From Candidatus Pacearchaeota archaeon (GTDB taxonomy: Archaea; Nanobdellota; Nanobdellia; Pacearchaeales; GW2011-AR1), in assembly GCA_016866975.1 (NCBI GenBank), contig VGKP01000007.1:1-41140 (forward strand): a DNA stretch of 41,140 bases, read 5' to 3'. Under the pieces are notes generated by a model that worked only from the letters and a program-made list of their open reading frames with translations, did no database searches and had not been told where the DNA came from. The first letter of the stretch is position 1, and every line of letters begins with the position of its first letter. Position numbers and translations under genes: made by a program. Positions 24,572-34,935 of this stretch are shown piece by piece.

Positions 24572-27500
24572 TTATACCTCAGACTTCTTTTTGGTTTTTG
24601 CTTTTACTTTTTCTAGATCTTTGTTTACCAATGGCCCTGTTATCTTGACGAGAAGGCCTGGAAGGCCGGTACCAACAGGGATAGCCTGATTTAGGAGAAT
24701 GTTTTCAATTACTGAACTTAGTTCATCTCTTCCGCCTTGAATTGTTGCATTGATAAATTGCTTGTCAGGAATCTCGAATGTAGCTCGTGCAAGGATGCTT
24801 GCTTTCTCAGAAATAATACCCATACGTGTGACTCCTTTAACTACGCCTGAGGAAGTCATGGCGTCTGCAATCAATTTGAAATGTCTCTCATTTATATCTA
24901 GGCCTTGTGATTGAAGTACATCTTTAATCTCATTTATTATTGTCTGTCTTGCAGCTTCAATACCCAATACTCTTGCCGTATCATGAATATCGTTTGATTT
25001 CACTCTGTCTTTGTCGACGCCTTTAACTTTGATTATCTCCTCGAGATTTGAACCTGAAGTCAATACGACATATTCTTTTCCTCTATTAGCAATAACTACT
25101 TGTTTGACATTCTTCACACCAGAGACCACGGTCTCTTTCATCTTCTCTTTTAGTTTATATATTGCTTTGAAATCCATGTCAGGGACATGAACGCTTATCT
25201 TTGACTCATTGCCCTTGACACTGAATCCTTTCTCCTGTAGCCTCTCTATTATCTTCTGCCCACCTGCATGAACTGTCTTCAGGGCCTTTTGATCCAAGGC
25301 TATCTCTATCTTCTTGTTTGCGAAGTCTATCTTTATCTCAGATATTATCTCCTTTAGCTTTACTTCCTTGATCTTTTCAGCAATTGCCTTTGCGTCTTTC
25401 TCATTATTATATTCCTTCTCAAGAGCTACTTCCATGAGAGGAGTTGAAGGCTGTTTTCTTGCATCCAAAATTTCAATTATTCTTGGGAGACCCTGAGTGA
25501 TTTGCATTTGTGCGACTCCTGCGAAGTGGAATACGTTCAATACCATCTGCGTAGATGCTTCTCCAAAGCTTTGTGCAGTTATTACTCCTACTGCTTCGCC
25601 TGGAGAGACTTTACTTTCTTTCATATGCAACTTTGCCACATCTTTCCCATCATCTCCATAGACGAATTGTACAATGTTTTCGGACGCATCTCTTACTGTC
25701 CCGTCGTAAGCAACCTTAAGGTCTTGAAGTGCGCTTACAAGCCTTCTGTATAAATAACCTGATTTTGGTGTTCTGAGAGCCAGATCCATAAGGGAGTCTC
25801 TTCCAGTTATTGCTCCAAAGAAGAATTCACTTGGTTTCAATCCACCAAAGAATGACGACTTGATGAAACCACGCGCTTCTGGGCCTATGTCTCCAGGTTT
25901 AAAGAAAGAAAGCGTCCTTTGAGTATAACCAAAGTTGATACGTTTATTCCAGAGAGATTGCTGACCTACGCAACAACCAATCTGAGTAATATTAAGCATG
26001 CTTCCAGCAGCCTTCGCGCTAATCATCTTATTGACATTTCCATCAATAGGGAAGTTAGCCTGTACAACCTTTCCTATCTCCGTCCGCACCTCGTTTAGAA
26101 TCTGGGAGATCTTTATTTCTCTTGTCTCTTCAAGTGTCTTTCCAGGTAATGGAGTAAGTTCGCCTTCCTTAAAATTATTTATGACTTCTTGTGTCTTACT
26201 GTCTGCCTGCATGACTATCTCATCAGTAGTTTTCTTAACTTTTTCTGATACATTCAAGTCTTGAACCGATAGAGTGTATCCTTTCCTAGAGAGATATATG
26301 GAACCAAGTACGAATGCTTTCATTAATGAATCTACTGCGATATCTCTTCCAAATTCTTTGTCTAATTCCTTTATCATCTCACCATCTTCAACTCCGAATG
26401 AACCGCTGCCTGTCAATTCTGCTGGGATTTTTACTCCTGAATTCTTTGGCATCACCTGGGCAAATACATCCAAACCTTTCAATTCTTGCCCTTTCAATGT
26501 ATTGATTACTCCTGCAGAGAATAAAGCCTGATCGGCGTCACCTTTCTTCATGCTATCTTTCCCTAGAAGATAAGCGCCAGTCACTGCGTCAGCTATTGTG
26601 CCTACTAAGTTCATGTTGTTCTTTGAGGATATTATATTTGCATTGACATCCAAGAGTATCTTGGCCTCTGCTAATGCCTCTTCAGTTTGAGGACTGTGAA
26701 TGTTCATCTCGTCGCCATCATAGTCTGCGTTATAAGGGGTAGCAGCTGCAGGGTGCAATCTAAATGTCCTGTTCGGTAAGACTCTTACATAATGCGCCAT
26801 AAGGCTTTGCTTGTGCAAGCTCGGATGACGATTGAAAAGAACTATATCTCCATCCCTTAGATGTCTCTCTATCTTGTATTTGGGCTGTATCTCAGCACAG
26901 AGCTCTTCTTTTAGCTCTTCTGTAATCCTCTTTCTCTTACCATCAGACCTTATAACATAATTAGCACCAGGATATGTTGAACCTTTTCTAATTAATTCTT
27001 TCATCGCCTCTATGTTAAGAGAAGTGACTGTCTCGGCCACTGTGATTATTTTAGCAATCTCGAATGGTACACCCACTTCATTTATCTTGATGAATGGGTC
27101 TGGTGAGACGACTGTTCTGCCCGAGTAGTTTACACGCTTTCCAGCTAGATTTTGACGTATTCTTCCCTCTTTTCCTTTTATTCTTTCTGTAATCGTCTTA
27201 AGAGGTTGTCCAGACCTATGCCTTGCAGGAGGTATTCTTGAAATATTATTGTCAAAGAATGTGGTTACATGATATTGCAGAAGATCCCAGAGGTCTTCTA
27301 TGATTACTTCAGGTGCTCCTGCGTTGAGGTTTTCCCAAAGTCTTTGGTTTGACCTGATTATGTCTGAAAGCTTATGTGTCAGATCATCCTCGCTTCTCTC
27401 TCCTGTGTCAAGAGTTATGCTAGGTCTTACAGTGACCGAAGGAACCAACAATAGAGAAAGTACTGCCCATTCTGGCCTGCACGTCTTTGCATTGATTCCT

Positions 27501-28033
27501 ATCTTCTTTAGCTCCTCATCTTTTATCAGGACAAGTCTCTCTCTTACTTCTATTGGAGAAATCCTTTTCTTTACAAGCATGAAAATGCTAGGCTTCTCCA
27601 ATCTCACTCTCTCAAGAGTTTCTGAACAATGAGGGCATTTCTTAGCATCTCTGGCTTTCTTTGCTCTCAAGCTAGGAGCATATTCTTTCTGTTTTTCGTC
27701 GCTAAGTGTAAGCTTTCCACATTTTGAACAGAAGCTCCTCAAGCACAACTCTATCAGAGGAATATATTTTATATGGAATGTTGGTCTTGCCAACTCAATG
27801 CTTCCTGGATGACCTGTACATTCCTTTACTCTCTTACCACAAGTCCTACACCTCACTCCTGGATCTATCGCTCCAAGTCTTAGGTCCATAAGCCCACCAT
27901 CTACAGGGAATCCATCTATATCATAAAGTTCAGGGGTTACTATCTTGGCAGTACTAAGTTTCTTAATCTTGTCAGGACTAAGAAGGCTGAACTTCAATGC
28001 TCTGACTTGTTTTCTGAAATATTGTTGTCTCAT
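24572..28033 (-). CDS. rpoA1: RNA polymerase largest subunit, Rpo1N (A') and Rpo1C (A'') fused
   Basis: C.TC...C.GH.G, GK.GR.R.NL.GKRV, NRHPSLH, NADYDGDEMN, then GEAVG..AQS.GE..TQM..N.FH.AG and SILARA.FE in one 1153-aa frame. Confidence 0.95.
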   Translation of the reverse strand: MRQQYFRKQVRALKFSLLSPDKIKKLSTAKIVTPELYDIDGFPVDGGLMDLRLGAIDPGVRCRTCGKRVKECTGHPGSIELARPTFHIKYIPLIELCLRSFCSKCGKLTLSDEKQKEYAPSLRAKKARDAKKCPHCSETLERVRLEKPSIFMLVKKRISPIEVRERLVLIKDEELKKIGINAKTCRPEWAVLSLLLVPSVTVRPSITLDTGERSEDDLTHKLSDIIRSNQRLWENLNAGAPEVIIEDLWDLLQYHVTTFFDNNISRIPPARHRSGQPLKTITERIKGKEGRIRQNLAGKRVNYSGRTVVSPDPFIKINEVGVPFEIAKIITVAETVTSLNIEAMKELIRKGSTYPGANYVIRSDGKRKRITEELKEELCAEIQPKYKIERHLRDGDIVLFNRHPSLHKQSLMAHYVRVLPNRTFRLHPAAATPYNADYDGDEMNIHSPQTEEALAEAKILLDVNANIISSKNNMNLVGTIADAVTGAYLLGKDSMKKGDADQALFSAGVINTLKGQELKGLDVFAQVMPKNSGVKIPAELTGSGSFGVEDGEMIKELDKEFGRDIAVDSLMKAFVLGSIYLSRKGYTLSVQDLNVSEKVKKTTDEIVMQADSKTQEVINNFKEGELTPLPGKTLEETREIKISQILNEVRTEIGKVVQANFPIDGNVNKMISAKAAGSMLNITQIGCCVGQQSLWNKRINFGYTQRTLSFFKPGDIGPEARGFIKSSFFGGLKPSEFFFGAITGRDSLMDLALRTPKSGYLYRRLVSALQDLKVAYDGTVRDASENIVQFVYGDDGKDVAKLHMKESKVSPGEAVGVITAQSFGEASTQMVLNVFHFAGVAQMQITQGLPRIIEILDARKQPSTPLMEVALEKEYNNEKDAKAIAEKIKEVKLKEIISEIKIDFANKKIEIALDQKALKTVHAGGQKIIERLQEKGFSVKGNESKISVHVPDMDFKAIYKLKEKMKETVVSGVKNVKQVVIANRGKEYVVLTSGSNLEEIIKVKGVDKDRVKSNDIHDTARVLGIEAARQTIINEIKDVLQSQGLDINERHFKLIADAMTSSGVVKGVTRMGIISEKASILARATFEIPDKQFINATIQGGRDELSSVIENILLNQAIPVGTGLPGLLVKITGPLVNKDLEKVKAKTKKKSEV

Positions 28034-31000
28034 TGTTCGTATTTATTCTTTAATTCAAAGTCTGTCTGAATACCCAATCCAAGAAGCTCATCTACTAGGA
28101 GTTTAAATGCATAAGACATCTCTAATGGCTCTGCCTCATTTGAGCCGCAAAGATTGCAAACTACTTTTCCTCTGATTGTGTCTTCGTATGTCATGCTTCC
28201 GCAATCCTTACAGACAAATACTACTGTCTTGTCTGAATCATAACGCTCCTTTAGAAGGAGAGATGCTCCATGACCTACAAGTGCTTGCTGCTCCATCTCT
28301 CCCAATCTTAGTGCTCCACCACGAGCACGGCCTTCAATTGGCTGTCTTGTAAGCAATGTGACCTTTCCTGATGCTCTTGCGTGCATCTTATTCTTGACCA
28401 TGTGTTTTAGTTTAAGATAATACATATTTCCAATGTATATTTTGGCTTCCATCTTCTTTCCTGTAATTCCATTGTACATAATTTCTTTTCCATCATAACT
28501 GAATCCTAGCTCTCTTAGTTGGCTCTCCAGCTCCTGGACACTGCATCCAGTGAATGATGTTCCGTCGATTATTTTTCCTGTTATGGCTCCAGTCTTACCT
28601 GCAAGAAGCTCGATAAGATATCCTACAGTCATACGGCTAGGTATACCGTGAGGGTTAAACATAAGGTCTGGTTTGACTCCTCTTGAAGTGAATGGGATGT
28701 CTTCTGAGTCTGCGATAAGTCCTATGACTCCTTTCTGTCCGTGAGGGGTAGAGAATTTATCTCCTGGCTCTGGCAATCTGCTGTCTCTTGCTCTTACTTG
28801 CGCAATCTTGTTACCTTCTTCATTTACTGTCACGAAAACTGCGTCAACTGTTCCTCTCTCTCCTTGCCTTATTGCTGCGCTTGCTTCTTTCTTTGACTGA
28901 ATACTAATGTCTTTTGCTTCACTAAGGAACTTTGGAGGAGTAGTCTTTCCTATGACGACTTCCCCTTCACTCATGCTTGCTTCTGGGTAGACGATTCCGT
29001 CATCTTCAAGGAACCTATACGAGCTTTCTGTCCTATAACCTGAAACGTCTTTGTCAGGGATAACTATCTCATCTGACAATCCTCCAGCATACTGTAGTTC
29101 TGTTACACTATACGGTCTAAAGTATGTGCTTCTACCCATACCTCTATCGACGCTACCTTTGTTTAATACCACTGCGTCTTCCATATTGTAGCCTTCAAAT
29201 GGCATGATGGCGACTACGATGTTCTGACCTGCAGGATATACTTCCAATGTATCATATATGAAGCTCCTGACAAGAGGCTTCTGAGGGTAATGTAATACGG
29301 AGACATCTGTGTCCAGTCTGACTAGATAGTTAGCGGCATAAATACCCAATGATTGTTTCAGAGTTTTGCTACCTCTGTTAAGACGAGAAGACTGATCGTG
29401 GTTTCCGAAAGGAACGAGAGATGTGATTAGGCCGAAAAGGTCTATTTGATGGACTTCAGTATGAGTATGATTATTGGTAATCTCTTCTGGATATAGTGCT
29501 ACAAGAGCGTTCTCTTCCTCTGCCGCATCTATATATTCTATTTTGCCTTCTTTCACAAGGTCTGCCCATTTCAGCTTGCCATTGTCTAGTAATACGAGGT
29601 GTTCGTCTTTAAGAAGAGCTGATCCATTTTCTACAACAACAAGTGGCCTAAGAACTCTGCCTACTTCTGTAGACATCAAGATCTGGTTTGTCTCAGGTAT
29701 ATATCTTATGCTAATTTCTTTTGGAAGTTTACCTTCTCTTCTTGATTTTCTGACAAGCGTGGCGAATTTCTGCGCATCTGCAGTGTATCCAAGGAACCTA
29801 CCATTGAAGAAGATATCATTGCTTTTCTCATCAGATTCTTTATTGAGTCCAAAGCTCGCAAAAGACTGCAGGACTGACTGTTCGTTGAAACTGGCTGCTG
29901 TCGAGATCTTACTTAGAAGGGCTAGATTCTTTCTAAGGCCTATCTCTCCTCCTTCAGGAGTCTCTGTTGGGCAGAACCTTCCATAATGCGTAGGGTGAAG
30001 AGTTCTCGCCAAGAAATTCTCCTGTTCACCTGGGAGCATGCTTGATACTCTTTGTAACTGAGATAACATCGCAAGATAGTTTGTCTTATCCATATTCTGA
30101 GTAACGCCAGATCTCTCTCCAATCCAACTTCCTGTAGCAATCGCGCTCTCAATCCTTTGAGTGAAAAGAGTCGATTTAGCTATTGTCTTTATAGAATAGA
30201 ATTTCTTTCTTTTAGCTACTTTTTGCAGAGAGTATTGGATGTCTCTAACTAAAATCCCTAAATTAACTCTGAAAAGGTCTGACATAAGGTCGCCTGAAAG
30301 TTTGATTCTCTTACTTGCATAATGGTCTTTATCCGTTCTTATTTCAGGGTTCTCTTTTGCCTTGAGGTAGAGACTTATCAATCTGCTTAACGTAAGGGCC
30401 TTCTCAGTCCTCGAAGACTTGTCCAAACCTATATGTGGCAGGAAGAATGAATCCAGCCTTTGCTTTACCCTATCAAGTATCTCTTTCTTAGTTCCTTGTA
30501 TGCCTGCTTTTTCTGCAATCATCATCATAGCATCTTCTGTACTCTGTATCTTTGCATATTCGTATAAGTTTACGATAAGACAGTCATTTTCATGGTTTAT
30601 TTGACGGGCTATATCTGCTTCTTTTATCACTCCCAATGCCTTCAGTACTACGATTGCAGGGATGTTCTTCAGTCTACTGAATGTCAATTCGAGAATCCCT
30701 TCACTTGTCTCAGAGATAGTGGTAGGTATCCTGTAAGAGCCTCTCTGTGAGAATAATCTTACAGTAAGACCTAGCCTGCCTTCTTCTATAAATGGCTGGT
30801 TTGCGGCAAGATCCTCGCTCATAACCATGACTCTCTCATTTCCGTTGATTATGAAGTATCCTCCGGGGTCAAGAGGATCCATATACTGCTCTCTAAGCTG
30901 ATCTCTTGTCATACCATAAACATTACATGCTGCACTCTTGACCATGACAGGTATCCTTCCTACTTCCACTTCTGAACTGTCTGTCTGCCCCCCGAATTTG

Positions 31001-31287
31001 ACTGTGAGCTCTACATATACTGGTGCTGAGTAAGTCAGGTTCCTGAGTCTGGCTACAGCCGGAGTCACCAGGTTTGTACTTCCATCTGATTCTATGATAT
31101 TTGGCTTCTCAATCCTTAATTTACCTAACTTGATGTCAACTTCTTCGACATTGATGGTCTCATTTATCTCTTGTATAATTTGCTGCATTCTGTGTTGTAT
31201 GAAATCGTTGAAAGAAAGGATATTAGACTCCACTAGAGAGTGCTGTTCGAGATATTTCTCAATCAGGATGTTCCTATGAGATTTCAT
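28030..31287 (-). CDS. rpoB: RNA polymerase second-largest subunit (unsplit)
   Basis: DPGGYFIINGNERV, YGRFCP.ETPEG..IGL, GYNMEDA, GDKF...HGQKG, NPHGIPSRMT, LRLGEME. Confidence 0.97.
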   Translation of the reverse strand: MKSHRNILIEKYLEQHSLVESNILSFNDFIQHRMQQIIQEINETINVEEVDIKLGKLRIEKPNIIESDGSTNLVTPAVARLRNLTYSAPVYVELTVKFGGQTDSSEVEVGRIPVMVKSAACNVYGMTRDQLREQYMDPLDPGGYFIINGNERVMVMSEDLAANQPFIEEGRLGLTVRLFSQRGSYRIPTTISETSEGILELTFSRLKNIPAIVVLKALGVIKEADIARQINHENDCLIVNLYEYAKIQSTEDAMMMIAEKAGIQGTKKEILDRVKQRLDSFFLPHIGLDKSSRTEKALTLSRLISLYLKAKENPEIRTDKDHYASKRIKLSGDLMSDLFRVNLGILVRDIQYSLQKVAKRKKFYSIKTIAKSTLFTQRIESAIATGSWIGERSGVTQNMDKTNYLAMLSQLQRVSSMLPGEQENFLARTLHPTHYGRFCPTETPEGGEIGLRKNLALLSKISTAASFNEQSVLQSFASFGLNKESDEKSNDIFFNGRFLGYTADAQKFATLVRKSRREGKLPKEISIRYIPETNQILMSTEVGRVLRPLVVVENGSALLKDEHLVLLDNGKLKWADLVKEGKIEYIDAAEEENALVALYPEEITNNHTHTEVHQIDLFGLITSLVPFGNHDQSSRLNRGSKTLKQSLGIYAANYLVRLDTDVSVLHYPQKPLVRSFIYDTLEVYPAGQNIVVAIMPFEGYNMEDAVVLNKGSVDRGMGRSTYFRPYSVTELQYAGGLSDEIVIPDKDVSGYRTESSYRFLEDDGIVYPEASMSEGEVVIGKTTPPKFLSEAKDISIQSKKEASAAIRQGERGTVDAVFVTVNEEGNKIAQVRARDSRLPEPGDKFSTPHGQKGVIGLIADSEDIPFTSRGVKPDLMFNPHGIPSRMTVGYLIELLAGKTGAITGKIIDGTSFTGCSVQELESQLRELGFSYDGKEIMYNGITGKKMEAKIYIGNMYYLKLKHMVKNKMHARASGKVTLLTRQPIEGRARGGALRLGEMEQQALVGHGASLLLKERYDSDKTVVFVCKDCGSMTYEDTIRGKVVCNLCGSNEAEPLEMSYAFKLLVDELLGLGIQTDFELKNKYEQ

Positions 31288-31493
31288 GCTGCCACAACCC
31301 TAAAATAAGTATTTATTTTATCTCCATCTTTCCTCTCTATCTTAAGAACTTCGCCGACTTGTGAGCCTTCTGGAACGCAAACATCAGTAATCTTAATTTT
31401 TGGCAATTGTGCGACGGAAACGTTATATCTTTCCAAAAGATTTTTCACTTCTTCTTGTTTTAGGCGGGTATGTTTGGGCTGATGGATGTGCAT
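31284..31493 (-). CDS. rpoH: RNA polymerase subunit H (Rpo5)
   Basis: H..PKH..L..EE...LL..Y.....QLPKI...D, G.V.KI.R, YFRVV; start set at MHIHQPKH. Confidence 0.93.
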   Translation of the reverse strand: MHIHQPKHTRLKQEEVKNLLERYNVSVAQLPKIKITDVCVPEGSQVGEVLKIERKDGDKINTYFRVVAA

Positions 31494-31846
31494 AGGAATG
31501 GAATCAGGTATTTGGAGAGTGATTCTTTTAAAAAGTTGCAAAAACAGCTTTTTAAACCTTTCGCAGAATGGATATTTTTTAACTTATAAAGTCCTAATGG
31601 CTGACTAACCTACTAAAATTCTTTTCATGATTATATCTTTTCAACAAAATATAAAACTGCGGAAATTTCAATAGGAAAACTTTAAAAGGAAGGAATAAGT
31701 CATTTTTACATGAACGCTCAAATTAGATTGGAGAATCCTCTGGATTCTCCTTATCGGCATTGAAAGTAAAATCAAATCTAGTCGGTACTCTCTCTTAATA
31801 TACTCTATCGGAGCACAGGCACTTTTAAGTGCTGGTTATTTTCATA

Positions 31847-31890
31847 CCTAAGAGAACCTACGGTTCCCTTATGGGTCAACCCTCCCTTTG
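31847..31890 (+). repeat. Palindromic element homologous to the 45-bp tandem unit and the tRNA-Leu intron
   Basis: CCTAAGAGAACCTACGGTTCCCTTATGGGTCAACCCTCCCTTTG; ends 16 bp before tRNA-His. Confidence 0.7.
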
Positions 31891-31906
31891 CATATTATCC
31901 TTCATA

Positions 31907-31978
31907 GGCAGCATTAGTTCAAAGGCAGAACGTTGGCTTGTGGCGCCGAAAATAGGAGTTCGATTCTCCCCTGCTGCT
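31907..31978 (+). tRNA. tRNA-His(GTG)
   Basis: G(-1)GCAGCA/TGCTGCT, GTTC/GAAC, TTGGC-TTGTGGC-GCCGA, GGAG-TTCGATT-CTCC. Confidence 0.88.
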
Positions 31979-32159
31979 CTTCAACTAAATTTTGGAGGCT
32001 TAGGCTAAATGAACGCTGATTGTTTTCACTGTCACGCAATCTTTTAAACAACCGCCAATTGTAGAAAGAATAACTCTTGAGAACAAAATAGCTCTTGGGG
32101 AAGTATACAAAAGAGTCTTTCAAGGGGCACCTTGGTATGAAGATAGAGTTTGCTCAGGT

Positions 32160-32825
32160 GTGCGTCTCCCCATTTCTGATTCTGAAAGATGTACAATCCA
32201 ATATACCCCGAAACAAGTGCCTCCCGATGTTGCTAAAACGTTCTCATTCAAAGAAAGAAAAGGAATTGTGGGAGAAGTGGACTTTTCTAAATTAGGTAAA
32301 TGTGTTGCTTGCGGGAGAAAGATTATAGAATTCTATCCAAATTATATTAATCAAGTTGAACTTATCTCTGAAGCTATTCGGCAGGAAGGATTTATAGGAT
32401 ACATGCTTAAAGAAGAGGAGCAGCCAATAGGATTTAGTTTTGGATACAAAGTTCCTAAGGAAAGAACGGCATCTGTAAATTTTCCGTTAGTAAGTGCACT
32501 ATTTTTTGAGAGAGGGATTAATATTGAAAGAACATTTTATGGTGCAGAACTTGGAGTCTCTGAAGAGTATCGAGGCAGAGGATACGGAACATTAATTTCT
32601 GCTGTTCGATTGAATGATGCAAGGGCGAATGGTTACGAAAGCTTTGCCATAAGGACAAAAAATCTTGCAGTTTTAGCTATATTAAAAAAAGTTTTCTCTC
32701 TTGAGGAAACAAATTCCTTGTTTTTGGATCCTGAAAGAGAAACTCCTTGGTTTTTATTTGAATTTAAAACATTCAATTTAAAAAGATTGGAAAATATGGT
32801 CAAAATGGGGGAAATAATTCAATGA
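32160..32825 (+). CDS. GNAT-family acetyltransferase
   Basis: PIGFSFGY, FYGAELGVSEEYRGRGYGT.I acetyl-CoA-binding motif A. Confidence 0.75.
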   Translation: MRLPISDSERCTIQYTPKQVPPDVAKTFSFKERKGIVGEVDFSKLGKCVACGRKIIEFYPNYINQVELISEAIRQEGFIGYMLKEEEQPIGFSFGYKVPKERTASVNFPLVSALFFERGINIERTFYGAELGVSEEYRGRGYGTLISAVRLNDARANGYESFAIRTKNLAVLAILKKVFSLEETNSLFLDPERETPWFLFEFKTFNLKRLENMVKMGEIIQ

Positions 32826-33718
32826 ATGAAGAAATATTAAATAATATAAAAGTTGTTAAACTACTTGGAAGTGGAAAAGGCAAAACTCTAGTTATTCTGT
32901 CTGCAATACATGGCAATGAGGTTTGTGGAATAAAAGCTTTTGATAAACTTATTCCTAAATTAAAAATAAAGGCAGGAGTTGTTTACTTTATTTATGCAAA
33001 TCTCGAGGCAATTAAGCGGAATAGAAGATTTGTTGAATATAATTTGAATAGGGCTTTTCTTAAAGAACTGCCCGATTCTATCAAAGATACTCTTGAAGGT
33101 AGAACTGCCAGGGAGATTATGCCTTATTTGGAAAGAGCAGATATGATGCTGGATATACATGCGAGTAACTCTAAGGAGTCAATACCATTTATTATTTGCG
33201 GACAACAGAGTTTAGAGTTAGCTCAAGCTCTTCCAGCTCAAGTAATTGCATATAATTTTGATGAATTTGAGCCAGGTTCAACAGATTATTTTATGAACAT
33301 TCAAAATAAGATTGGCGTGGGTGTGGAATGCGGATTTTTAGAAGACCCTGAAAGTCAAAGGAGAGCTGAAGAAGCAATATTTAGTTTTTTGAGATTTGCC
33401 GGAGCAATAAATGGAGAAGCTAAAACTTATTCTGATAAAACTTTTTATAAAATTGTAAAATTATACAAAAATAAACTTTTTTCTTTTAAGAAATCCAGAG
33501 ACTTTTCTGACTTTGAATTACTAAAGAAAAAGACATTGATAGGCAAAGAGGGAGAAAAAGAAATTTATGCTGGACAGGGAGAGATTGTGCTTTTTGTTAG
33601 AGATAGAGAAAATATCGATGGAGAATGCTTTCTTGTTGCTAAAGAGGTTACAAGAGAAGTGTTGAAGCAAACAGTTAAATATGCCTCTGGCAATACAGTT
33701 CAGGGGAGTAAAAAATGA
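32822..33718 (+). CDS. Succinylglutamate desuccinylase/aspartoacylase-family (M14-like) zinc hydrolase
   Basis: SAIHGNE..G, R....NLNR, LDIH.S, VECG. Confidence 0.85.
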   Translation: MNEEILNNIKVVKLLGSGKGKTLVILSAIHGNEVCGIKAFDKLIPKLKIKAGVVYFIYANLEAIKRNRRFVEYNLNRAFLKELPDSIKDTLEGRTAREIMPYLERADMMLDIHASNSKESIPFIICGQQSLELAQALPAQVIAYNFDEFEPGSTDYFMNIQNKIGVGVECGFLEDPESQRRAEEAIFSFLRFAGAINGEAKTYSDKTFYKIVKLYKNKLFSFKKSRDFSDFELLKKKTLIGKEGEKEIYAGQGEIVLFVRDRENIDGECFLVAKEVTREVLKQTVKYASGNTVQGSKK

Positions 33719-34935
33719 AAATAGAAATTGATACGGTTAAAGGTTTCCAGGACTACCTTCCACCTTTATCTCTGAAGAGAAATGCCGTGCAGAAAATAAT
33801 TGAGAGATGGTTTCAAAGCTACGGGTTTGCGCCAATAGAGACTCCCGTCGTGGAATTTGACGAGCTTATGAGATCAGATACATTAGGGCAAGAAGATGAA
33901 GCAGTCTCTGAAAGATTTAGACTAAAGGACAGGGCTGGCAGGAATTTAGGATTGAGATATGAATTTACTTTTCAACTGGCAAGGATATTAAAACAAAACC
34001 CAAATATAAAGTTACCATTTAAGAGATATCAAATAGGCCAGGTTTTTAGGGATGAACCTACTGGCACAGGTAGATTCAGACAGTTCACACAATGCGATAT
34101 CGATATCGTCGGTGACGTAGGGATAAAAGGAGATGCTGAAATCCTGGCTGCTGTAATGGATATACTAAAGGCGTTGAAGATACCTGCAGAGATAAGAGTC
34201 AACAACAGGAGACTTCTGCAAGCACTGATAGAAAGTGTAGAGGTCAAAGATATCAGGGCAGTCATGAGGGAACTGGATAAGATAGGGAAGATTGGGGAGG
34301 ACCTTGTAAAAATGAATCTTAAGAAGTATGCAGACTCAAATCAGATAATCACTTTATTCAAGCTCCTTGAGAAAGATATATCTTTCTTCATAGATAATGC
34401 ATTCGACGGAGCTTCAGATTTGGATGCATTGAAAAAAGAATGTTCTCTCTATGGCCTGGAAGTCAAGATATCACCTACGATGATAAGGGGGCTGAGTTAT
34501 TATACAGGGAATATATTTGAAGTAGTCGCCTCAAATGGACTCTCTATAGCTGGAGGTGGGAGATACGACAAAGTTGTAGGAAAATATCTTGATAGAGAAA
34601 TTCCCGCTACTGGAATCTCTTTTGGGCTTGAGAGGATTACAGAACTGGCAAATATAAAATTACCCTCATTGCCAACAGCATTGATATTGTCCATTGGGCA
34701 GAATGGTGCAAGCGTAAAATTGGCGCAGAAGATAAGAAAAGAAGGAATCTCCTGCATATTATCTTTTGATAAAGTTGGGAAAGCCCTTGAATATGCAAAT
34801 TCATATTCAGTGCCATTTGTGGTTTTTATCGGGGAAAATGAGATAAAAAATAAAAAATTCAAGGTCAGGGACATGAAGTCTGGAGAGGAGAAAGAACTCA
34901 CTGATAAGGCGCTGATAAAGATGCTTAATGAATAG
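33715..34935 (+). CDS. hisS: Histidine--tRNA ligase
   Basis: VKGF.DYLP, LRYEFT..LAR, FRDE....GRFRQF.QCD.D, RGLSYYTG..FE, GGGRYD, G..FG.ER, anticodon-binding domain. Confidence 0.96.
   Translation: MKIEIDTVKGFQDYLPPLSLKRNAVQKIIERWFQSYGFAPIETPVVEFDELMRSDTLGQEDEAVSERFRLKDRAGRNLGLRYEFTFQLARILKQNPNIKLPFKRYQIGQVFRDEPTGTGRFRQFTQCDIDIVGDVGIKGDAEILAAVMDILKALKIPAEIRVNNRRLLQALIESVEVKDIRAVMRELDKIGKIGEDLVKMNLKKYADSNQIITLFKLLEKDISFFIDNAFDGASDLDALKKECSLYGLEVKISPTMIRGLSYYTGNIFEVVASNGLSIAGGGRYDKVVGKYLDREIPATGISFGLERITELANIKLPSLPTALILSIGQNGASVKLAQKIRKEGISCILSFDKVGKALEYANSYSVPFVVFIGENEIKNKKFKVRDMKSGEEKELTDKALIKMLNE

Noticed and set aside
25314-31279. Plus-strand ORFs within rpoA/rpoB (e.g. 25998, 27300, 29474)
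   Set aside because: Antisense shadows of conserved genes with no independent motifs.
31914-32123. 69-aa minus-strand ORF
   Set aside because: Overlaps tRNA-His on the opposite strand.
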